Shown here piece after piece: positions 1-6,388 of a stretch of 10,434 bases of DNA. This stretch comes from Candidatus Thorarchaeota archaeon. GTDB lineage: Archaea > Asgardarchaeota > Thorarchaeia > Thorarchaeales > Thorarchaeaceae. Where the stretch lies: NCBI GenBank assembly GCA_048882045.1, contig JBHLRZ010000062.1, positions 1 to 10,434 of the forward strand, written 5' to 3'. A model generated the notes under the pieces. That model did not search any database and was not told the DNA's origin. It saw only the letters and a list, made by a program, of their open reading frames with translations. Positions within the stretch are counted from its first letter, which is position 1. Each line of letters begins with the position of its first letter. Both the position numbers and the translations under genes were made by a program.

Positions 1-46
1 AACATATCTGTATCCTTTCTGAGTTAGAAGGACTGAACAAGCCGCC

Positions 47-1117
47 TTGCTAATCCCTAAATCAATTGAAAGTACAGATCCAACCAATCTTTTATTCGCA
101 ATGGGGATTGGAGCTTATTTCATAGGGTCGGGAGAAATCTGGGCAAGTCCTGTCTTTTATTCTCTCTATCCACTCCATCCACAAATCCTCAACTTGAACT
201 CTGATCCAATGAGCTATTCAGAAGGAATTAGGTGGTATACTGCCTCAGCTGTTGATCCTTGGGGATATTTTCTCCTCTCCATGCATGGTGAGCCAAACGA
301 TGGATTGGTCGGTGACAGTAGAGCAAAATTATCATTTGCACTTTCATCTCCAACTTATAATGGAATTTCCCATGGTCAAATTGCCAATGATCCCGACTAT
401 CGAACATCATATGATGATGTGTTTTCGTGGTTGACCTATGACACTGACTCAGATGGTGATGGATTGAAAGATAGTATGGAAACTTACATACATGGTACCA
501 ATCCAAATGATTGGGACTCTGATGATGACAATCTATCTGACTACGATGAGATAGTTCAAGGATCTAATCCCTTAGATCCCGATAGTGACGATGACACACT
601 TTCTGATTATGATGAATTCCAAGAAGGTTCTGACCCAAATGACCCAGATTCGGATTCAGATGGATTACTCGACGGATGGGAGGTTCACACCTATAACACA
701 CTTCCAACAGCTTGGAGTACAGACGGAGATATTCTCAGTGACGGACAGGAGATTGCTTGGGGATACAATCCTCTTGATACGGATGATCCAATAGATGCAG
801 ACCATCTAACATACAGTGCTTGGCAGATTGGAGGTACTACCGGATATGTCCGTGCAAATCACTATGCTGCAATGGACTATGTGAAGGTCTATGTCCGTTA
901 CATGACGAGTACAGGAGTTTGGAAACCCTACAATTATGTTGGCATCGACTATACACCATATTACTCTGGAGACTACTATGTGTCGTGGAGTCTTCAACAA
1001 GGATATGTTCAAATGCAGGTGAAGGTTGAAGCATATAACCCATGGGACATCTATCTGGGATGCGATACACAAATTGTCGCAATACCGGGTGGAGGTGGTG
1101 GTCCACCAATCGAATGA
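47..1117 (+). CDS. Extracellular protein: C-terminal half of an alpha/beta-hydrolase (lipase/PGAP1-like) domain, five TSP3-like Ca-binding repeats and a Tyr-rich beta-rich C-terminal domain; 5' end probably disrupted or truncated
   Basis: Lipase-type 'PNDGLV' (Asp at 299-301) and 'ISHGQI' (His at 371-373) motifs; DxDxDxLxDxxE...GxxP repeats at 446-787; ends in PGGGGGPPIE. The TTG start has no SD and the ORF has no signal peptide or GxSxG; in-frame TGA at 20-22. Confidence 0.7.
   Translation: MLIPKSIESTDPTNLLFAMGIGAYFIGSGEIWASPVFYSLYPLHPQILNLNSDPMSYSEGIRWYTASAVDPWGYFLLSMHGEPNDGLVGDSRAKLSFALSSPTYNGISHGQIANDPDYRTSYDDVFSWLTYDTDSDGDGLKDSMETYIHGTNPNDWDSDDDNLSDYDEIVQGSNPLDPDSDDDTLSDYDEFQEGSDPNDPDSDSDGLLDGWEVHTYNTLPTAWSTDGDILSDGQEIAWGYNPLDTDDPIDADHLTYSAWQIGGTTGYVRANHYAAMDYVKVYVRYMTSTGVWKPYNYVGIDYTPYYSGDYYVSWSLQQGYVQMQVKVEAYNPWDIYLGCDTQIVAIPGGGGGPPIE
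446..787 (+). repeat. Five tandem TSP3-like (DxDxDGLxD) peptide repeats of about 22-23 aa
   Basis: DSDGDGLKDSMETYIHGTNPNDW / DSDDDNLSDYDEIVQGSNPLDP / DSDDDTLSDYDEFQEGSDPNDP / DSDSDGLLDGWEVHTYNTLPTAW / STDGDILSDGQEIAWGYNPLDTDD. Units start at 515, 581 and 647 (66-bp period) and differ at synonymous sites. Confidence 0.9.
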
Positions 1118-1152
1118 TAGAATCAACTGGATATCTTCGTTGGGGTATTACA

Positions 1153-2340
1153 ATGATGAGAGCATATTGTACCAGAAAAAATACGAAGCTCTGTTTAGCT
1201 CTCATCCATATTCTACTGTCATCAATCATGATCTCTCAAACTTCAGCCTTTGGTTTCATTCCCAATTCTGTTACAGAAGAATCAGCTATCTGGGAATCTC
1301 TTGAAAGTGATTATCCTGGGGCAGTATACCGTGATGTTGCATTCTACAATGCAACACATGGATGGGTAGTTGGTCAATGGACTGGGGGAAGTTCTGGAAA
1401 TGGTGTAGTCTTGTACACAGATGATGGTGGAGATACTTGGCAAACACAGTTACACAATGGGTCTGAACAAGAGTATGACAAGATAGACATCTATGATTGG
1501 AATTCGATCTGGGTGACTGGATACGGCTCACTCTACTACACATCAGACGGTGGACAGTCTTGGATTGAATCAAAAGTTGTCAGCTCAAAGTCCTTGATGA
1601 GCACAGTGAAGTTCATTGATGAAGACAATGGCTGGACTGCGACAAGTAGAGTTCTTTACAAAACCACTGATGGAGGTCTTACATGGACCTCTGTTCATGG
1701 ATGGGCAGTTCAGGATAACCCACTAACTCTGAATTTTGTATCGTCCACAGAAGTATATGCTATTGGTTTTCGAGGGATATACTACAGTGATGATGGAGCA
1801 GATACTTGGTCTATCGTTTCAGACATCGGTGGTCGTTCTTTGTCAATGGTAGACACTATGGAAGGATGGGCTGTAGGTGACAATATTCTGTTACATACTG
1901 TTGATGACAATAATTGGGAATCTATACCTATCCCCGGACGTTCTCTTCTTCCAAGAATCAATCCACCTTACCTCAGTGAAATTCTTACACTAGAAGATCG
2001 CGTATGGATAGTAGGTGATGAGATTCCGATAATGCACACATCCAATGGTGGTGACTCGTGGTATGAGCAAACTGTTCCGGAAGAGGTCAATGATCGTATA
2101 CTAGCATTAGACTTTCATAACCATACTCTCGGTTGGGCTGTTGGCTATGGTGGTGTTATCCTAAGGACGAATGAAGGTGATACACTAGGACCTATTCTCT
2201 ATTCCGGATCTCTCGATCCACTTATCATAACAGCTATGAGTATTTCAGTAGGATCGATTGTCGTTGTAGGAGGCATTCTCTCGTATCGCAGAAAATTGAG
2301 AAAATCTCAATTAGTACAAGTTGATTCAAAGCTAGAATAA
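1153..2340 (+). CDS. Secreted, membrane-anchored Ycf48/Hcf136-like BNR (Asp-box) beta-propeller protein
   Basis: Asp-box repeats YTDDGGDTW, YTSDGGQSW, KTTDGGLTW, YSDDGADTW, HTVDDNNW, HTSNGGDSW and RTNEGDT, with GW(A/V)VG strands. Signal peptide RKNTKLCLALIHILLSSIMISQTSA; C-terminal TM helix followed by RRKLRK. Start is ATG 1153 (GGGGT upstream) or ATG 1114 (ATGA overlap with the previous stop). Confidence 0.85.
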   Translation: MMRAYCTRKNTKLCLALIHILLSSIMISQTSAFGFIPNSVTEESAIWESLESDYPGAVYRDVAFYNATHGWVVGQWTGGSSGNGVVLYTDDGGDTWQTQLHNGSEQEYDKIDIYDWNSIWVTGYGSLYYTSDGGQSWIESKVVSSKSLMSTVKFIDEDNGWTATSRVLYKTTDGGLTWTSVHGWAVQDNPLTLNFVSSTEVYAIGFRGIYYSDDGADTWSIVSDIGGRSLSMVDTMEGWAVGDNILLHTVDDNNWESIPIPGRSLLPRINPPYLSEILTLEDRVWIVGDEIPIMHTSNGGDSWYEQTVPEEVNDRILALDFHNHTLGWAVGYGGVILRTNEGDTLGPILYSGSLDPLIITAMSISVGSIVVVGGILSYRRKLRKSQLVQVDSKLE

Positions 2341-2461
2341 ATAAATCAGACCTATCAAGGTCCCTATATCGCAATACGACACTTCGCCTTTGAGTCAAGT
2401 ATTCATACTATGGGAAGGTCTAAATCCGAGTTGCATTTAGAACGCTCCCGTGTGATTACAT

Positions 2462-2947
2462 ATGTCCGAGAAGGTTGGAGATGAGAATATACGAATTGTA
2501 AAGATTCACGACGGTACAGTAATAGATCATATCAGAGCAGGAAAAGCTCTCGAAGTATTAAAGATCTTGGGGATTACTGGTGAATATGGCAACGTTGTGA
2601 CTCTCGCGATGAATATTAGCAGTTCAAAGATTGACAAGAAGGACATAGTAAAAGTGGAACATCGATTCCTTGAAGAGGAAGAAGTCGCACGTATCGCACT
2701 TGTCGCTCCAGAAGCAACAATCAATTTGATTGAGGACTTCAAGATCATAAAGAAGACTCGTGTTGAACTCCCAGACACCATCACTGATGTTATCGAGTGC
2801 ACAAACCAAAGATGCGTCACAAACAAAGAGCGTGAACCAATTCAAAGCAAGTATGAGGTCATTTCACGGAAACCCATCCAGCTGAAATGCTTATACTGCT
2901 GGACTTTGGTAGAAGAACAAGACATCATCGCTCAATTCACAGGTTGA
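2462..2947 (+). CDS. pyrI: Aspartate carbamoyltransferase regulatory subunit
   Basis: Signature GTVIDHI, KKDIVKVE and APEATINLI motifs; Zn ligands CTNQRC...CLYC; 161 aa. Confidence 0.97.
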   Translation: MSEKVGDENIRIVKIHDGTVIDHIRAGKALEVLKILGITGEYGNVVTLAMNISSSKIDKKDIVKVEHRFLEEEEVARIALVAPEATINLIEDFKIIKKTRVELPDTITDVIECTNQRCVTNKEREPIQSKYEVISRKPIQLKCLYCWTLVEEQDIIAQFTG

Positions 2948-2957
2948 GCCTCTATTC

Positions 2958-2973
2958 CAAATGCTTTTTTAGT
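2958..2973 (+). promoter_or_regulatory. Candidate BRE/TATA for atpF-atpA; the T6 tract could also act as the pyrI terminator
   Basis: CAAATGCTTTTTTAGT about 50 nt upstream of the atpF ATG and just downstream of the pyrI stop. Confidence 0.4.
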
Positions 2974-3019
2974 GGACATAAAACCCAGAGTCTAAGTCCG
3001 ACGTAAGTGGTAATCTTCA

Positions 3020-3343
3020 ATGTCTAGTGATAAGATTGCAGTCATAGGCGACAGGGATACGGTCACCGGATTCCGGTTAGTTGGAGTCAGTGAGTGTACT
3101 ATCCCACGGTCACCAGAAGAAACTCGTAACTCGCTCTATCACTATTTCCGAGACCCATCAATGGGTCTGGTCATGATTACAGAACCTCTCGCTGCAGAGG
3201 TGGAAGACACCATTGTTGAGCTCTCGCAATCACCAGTACCAGTAATCTTGTTGATACCCGACAGAGATGGGACAACTGGTGCATATGAAACTGTTCTGAA
3301 AGAGCTGATACGTAGAGCTGTTGGAATCGAGATCAATATCTAA
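3020..3343 (+). CDS. atpF: A/V-type ATP synthase subunit F
   Basis: KIAVIGDRDTVTGFRLVG N-terminus, PVILLIP, and LIRRAVGI C-terminus; 107 aa; directly upstream of subunit A. Confidence 0.95.
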   Translation: MSSDKIAVIGDRDTVTGFRLVGVSECTIPRSPEETRNSLYHYFRDPSMGLVMITEPLAAEVEDTIVELSQSPVPVILLIPDRDGTTGAYETVLKELIRRAVGIEINI

Positions 3344-3369
3344 CAATGATAGACATGGAGTTGTGAACT

Positions 3370-5175
3370 TTGACAGAAACGACAGGGCGAATTGAAAGTA
3401 TTGCGGGTCCAGTTGTCCAGTGCTCGGGCATAGAAGGAGTAAGAATGTATGAGGTAGTAAGGGTGGGCAACCAGCAGCTGATTGGAGAAGTCATCGAGGT
3501 TGGAGAAACAGAATTCACAGCGCAGGTATACGAAGAAACTTCTGGTCTTGCTCCGGGTGAACCAGTTGTAGCAACAGGAGATTCCCTGTCAGTTGAACTA
3601 GGCCCAGGACTCCTTGGTTCAATCTATGATGGTATTCAGAGACCACTTCCTGACCTGAGGGAGATGTCGGGTGACTTCATCTCTAGAGGTTTAAGTGTCG
3701 AGGGTCTCAACAAGGAGAAGAAGTGGGAATTCACCCCATCCAAGAAGAAAGGTGACAAAGTCTTACCAGGGGACATCATAGGTGAAGTTCCTGAAACCGG
3801 TATTATTACTTCCAAGATTCTCATTCCACTTGGTGTCCAGGGAGAAATAACGGAGATAGTAGGGAAGGGTGAGTACACAGTTGACGAAACGATCTGTAAA
3901 GTCAAGGATCAACATGGCGATATCCATGATGTCATGATGATGCAGAGAACCCCCGTCAGAATTGGTAGACCATTCAAGGAGCGTGTCGGAATGGATACTC
4001 CACTTCTCACCGGTCAGCGAGTAATTGATACATTCATGCCCCAAGCAAAAGGGGGTACAGGAGCAATCCCAGGGGGATTTGGTACTGGAAAGACAGTTAC
4101 TCTCCACCAGTTCGCGAAGTGGGCTGATGCACAAGTAGTTGTGTATGTTGGATGTGGTGAACGAGGAAATGAGATGACTGAGGCTCTCGAGGAATGGCCA
4201 CACCTGAAAGACCCAAAGTCCGGTCGTCCACTCATGGAGCGCACTGTTTTGATTGCCAACACATCGAACATGCCGGTTGCAGCACGTGAAGCATCAATCT
4301 ACGTTGCTGTGACAATGGCAGAGTACTTCAGAGACCAGGGCTATGACGTCGCACTGATGGCTGACTCGACCTCACGGTGGGCCGAGGCTCTTCGTGAGAT
4401 TTCTGGAAGGCTAGGGCAGTTACCATCTGAGGAGGGGTATCCTGCATATCTTGGTTCACGTCTTGCTCAATTCTATGAGAGGGGCGGTCGTGTCAAAACA
4501 TTGGGGAGCGATGAAAACCAACTCGGGTCAATCACACTTTGTGGAGCAGTTTCTCCACCTGGCGGTGACTTTTCGGAACCTGTGACACAGGCAACTCTGA
4601 GAATTGTTAAGGTGTTCTGGGCTCTTGACAAGGACCTTGCAGCACGAAGATTCTTCCCAGCAATCAACACACTCACGAGTTACTCTCTCTACTTCAACAC
4701 GCTAGAAAAGTGGCAAAGAGAGAACATGGGTCAAGACTGGCCTAATCTTGTGAAAGAGGCACTTGCGCTACTACAGAAGGATCAAGAGCTGAGAGAGATT
4801 GTTCAACTTGTAGGTCCGGATGCTCTCCCTGAATCTGAACGTGCCATTCTGGAAGCTGCACGAATGATAAAGGAAGACTTCCTCACACAGAGTGCACTAC
4901 ATGAGATTGACACTTACTGTCCAATTGGAAAAACCTACAGAATGCTCAAACTCATCATCGAGTTCTCAAAGAAAATGACCGAAGCAGTACAGTTAGGCGT
5001 CCATGTACGTAGAATCTTGGAACTTAGTGTCCTAGACAATATCGCTCGAATGAAGATATCACCTTGGGAGTCCTACGATGAAACAATGGATGCAATCGAG
5101 AAGAAAATGGAGGGAGAGTTCCAGACTCTCTTCCAAGAGCTTTCTCAGTCTGGGCTGTATCCAGAATCTGCATAG
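3370..5175 (+). CDS. atpA: A/V-type ATP synthase catalytic subunit A (no intein)
   Basis: QVYEET, ELGPG, DGIQRPL, Walker A GGFGTGKT (4072-4095), [34 protein letters not shown] and [11 protein letters not shown] motifs; TTG start with GGAG SD. Confidence 0.99.
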   Translation: MTETTGRIESIAGPVVQCSGIEGVRMYEVVRVGNQQLIGEVIEVGETEFTAQVYEETSGLAPGEPVVATGDSLSVELGPGLLGSIYDGIQRPLPDLREMSGDFISRGLSVEGLNKEKKWEFTPSKKKGDKVLPGDIIGEVPETGIITSKILIPLGVQGEITEIVGKGEYTVDETICKVKDQHGDIHDVMMMQRTPVRIGRPFKERVGMDTPLLTGQRVIDTFMPQAKGGTGAIPGGFGTGKTVTLHQFAKWADAQVVVYVGCGERGNEMTEALEEWPHLKDPKSGRPLMERTVLIANTSNMPVAAREASIYVAVTMAEYFRDQGYDVALMADSTSRWAEALREISGRLGQLPSEEGYPAYLGSRLAQFYERGGRVKTLGSDENQLGSITLCGAVSPPGGDFSEPVTQATLRIVKVFWALDKDLAARRFFPAINTLTSYSLYFNTLEKWQRENMGQDWPNLVKEALALLQKDQELREIVQLVGPDALPESERAILEAARMIKEDFLTQSALHEIDTYCPIGKTYRMLKLIIEFSKKMTEAVQLGVHVRRILELSVLDNIARMKISPWESYDETMDAIEKKMEGEFQTLFQELSQSGLYPESA

Positions 5176-5180
5176 TGGTG

Positions 5181-5186
5181 TTTATC
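5181..5186 (+). promoter_or_regulatory. Candidate TATA box for a leaderless udg transcript
   Basis: TTTATC ending about 28 nt before ATG 5214; no SD precedes that ATG. Confidence 0.4.
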
Positions 5187-5213
5187 GGTAGGGAATCTAT
5201 CCTATCAATAGAC

Positions 5214-5765
5214 ATGTCCGACTGCAAACGACTTGAGAAATTACATGATGCCATCAGAAATTGTACCCTCTGCCCACTTCATGAAACTCGAAATAATGCA
5301 GTCCCTGGAGAGGGGCCTTGTGATGCATCTCTGATGCTTGTCGGAGAAGCTCCTGGTGCAAAAGAAGATGAAACTGGACGACCATTTGTTGGAAGGTCAG
5401 GCCAATTTCTTACCACATTGCTTGAGGAAATTGGCTTTTCTCGGGAGGAAGTCTTCATCACATCAATCCTCAAGTCTAGACCTCCTAAGAATAGAGCTCC
5501 CACACAGTTTGAGGTGAATATTTGTAGACCATACCTCGAACAACAGATTGAATTGATTAAACCCCGGATCATAGTGCTTCTCGGGGGAGTAGCAATCTCA
5601 TCGCTAATTGGTCCATGGAAGGTTTCAGAGTCGCATGGGCGATTCTATGAGAATGAATCTCAAACATACTTTATGACATACCATCCTGCAGCGGCACTGC
5701 GGTTTCCAAAGGTCAAGTCACTAATGAGGGATGATTTCAAAATACTGAAACAGGAGATACATTGA
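5214..5765 (+). CDS. udg: Family 4 uracil-DNA glycosylase-like protein with atypical active-site and Fe-S residues
   Basis: CTLCPL, VPGEG, GEAPG..ED.TGRPFVG.SG, RPP.NR.P and TYHPAA motifs. ATG 5214 is preferred over GTG 5175 because it matches the usual family N-terminus. Confidence 0.92.
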   Translation: MSDCKRLEKLHDAIRNCTLCPLHETRNNAVPGEGPCDASLMLVGEAPGAKEDETGRPFVGRSGQFLTTLLEEIGFSREEVFITSILKSRPPKNRAPTQFEVNICRPYLEQQIELIKPRIIVLLGGVAISSLIGPWKVSESHGRFYENESQTYFMTYHPAAALRFPKVKSLMRDDFKILKQEIH

Positions 5766-5772
5766 GTGGTCA

Positions 5773-5778
5773 TTATAT
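5773..5778 (+). promoter_or_regulatory. Candidate TATA box for the membrane protein gene
   Basis: TTATAT about 32 nt upstream of ATG 5810. Confidence 0.35.
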
Positions 5779-5809
5779 TCAATCATACTGACTCCCTCGT
5801 GTGAACTAG

Positions 5810-6313
5810 ATGGTTGATTCGTTATCGCTATTACTCCTCCAATCGCCGTTTGATGTGCCCTCAGAGTGGTTTGCGATAATCGGAGATATTCTCAACGTAG
5901 CCTACGTACTGACCATCCGTGGATATCTGATTTTTGTACTGATCGGATTGATGATCTTTGCGACTGGATTCAGTGACGGGCTGTCCAAGGGTTTAGTGGC
6001 TTTTGGAGTCGTGCTGTACTTTGCAGGACCATTCATTGTCAATCTTTTTGCTCAATTCAGTGGTGTAGAAACAATAACTCTTGAAAGTGCAACAATTGTT
6101 TGGTTACGGATAGTTGGGATGACAGATGCCGAGCTGATCGCAGTACTTGTCTGGTTGGGTGACGCCATCGCATCACTTTGCCTTCTTGCAGGTGCTGTAC
6201 TCTATTTCACGCCTTCTGCCAAAGACCTAGAGTCTAGAGGTAAGTCGCTCATGGTCAGAGCATTGATGTTCGCACCTGTTCTAGCGTTCTTTCATATCGT
6301 TGCATGGCTATAA
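5810..6313 (+). CDS. Hypothetical integral membrane protein (about 4 TM, two helical-hairpin units, possibly TrbC/VirB2 pilin-like)
   Basis: 167 aa, highly hydrophobic; two hairpins with short polar turns (ATGFSDGLSK and TPSAKDLESRGK); fills the udg-atpB gap on the same strand. Confidence 0.8.
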   Translation: MVDSLSLLLLQSPFDVPSEWFAIIGDILNVAYVLTIRGYLIFVLIGLMIFATGFSDGLSKGLVAFGVVLYFAGPFIVNLFAQFSGVETITLESATIVWLRIVGMTDAELIAVLVWLGDAIASLCLLAGAVLYFTPSAKDLESRGKSLMVRALMFAPVLAFFHIVAWL

Positions 6314-6329
6314 CAGACTCTTCGTAACT

Positions 6330-6336
6330 CTTAAAA
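6330..6336 (+). promoter_or_regulatory. Candidate TATA box for atpB
   Basis: CTTAAAA about 53 nt upstream of ATG 6389; SD-like AGGCGGT lies before the ATG. Confidence 0.4.
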
Positions 6337-6388
6337 CTCGGAGTTGAACAGCGTTGCATTATCAGAAAGGCAAAGGCGGTTTCTTAGG

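Noticed and set aside
20-22. In-frame TGA upstream of ORF1 as a possible selenocysteine codon
   Set aside because: The context is not a redox or Cys-equivalent motif, and I saw no SECIS-like element after the gene; a frameshift or truncation is simpler.
446-787. 66-bp periodicity as a CRISPR array or DNA tandem repeat
   Set aside because: Similarity is at the peptide level with synonymous divergence; there are no identical DNA repeats with spacers.
1042-1113. Longer N-terminus of the propeller ORF from ATG 1042
   Set aside because: It overlaps ORF1 by 76 bp and buries the signal peptide; 1114 or 1153 fit better.
2341-2461. tRNA or other known ncRNA in the largest intergenic gap
   Set aside because: No cloverleaf, TTCGAA T-loop or clear C/D-box pair; only the hairpin reported above.
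3370-5175. VMA-type intein in atpA
   Set aside because: The 601-aa length is normal, and both the GKT and VGCGER insertion sites are uninterrupted.
5810-6313. Duplicated ATP synthase c/K proteolipid
   Set aside because: It lacks the GxGxG-rich first helix and the conserved Glu/Asp motif in the second helix of each hairpin.
6326-6345. AACTC-N10-GAGTT inverted repeat around the atpB TATA-like box
   Set aside because: 5-bp arms are readily expected by chance.
6344-6388. 15-aa N-terminal extension of AtpB (and the similar 5175-5213 extension of UDG)
   Set aside because: The downstream ATGs match family N-termini; the extensions lie over promoter or SD sequence.
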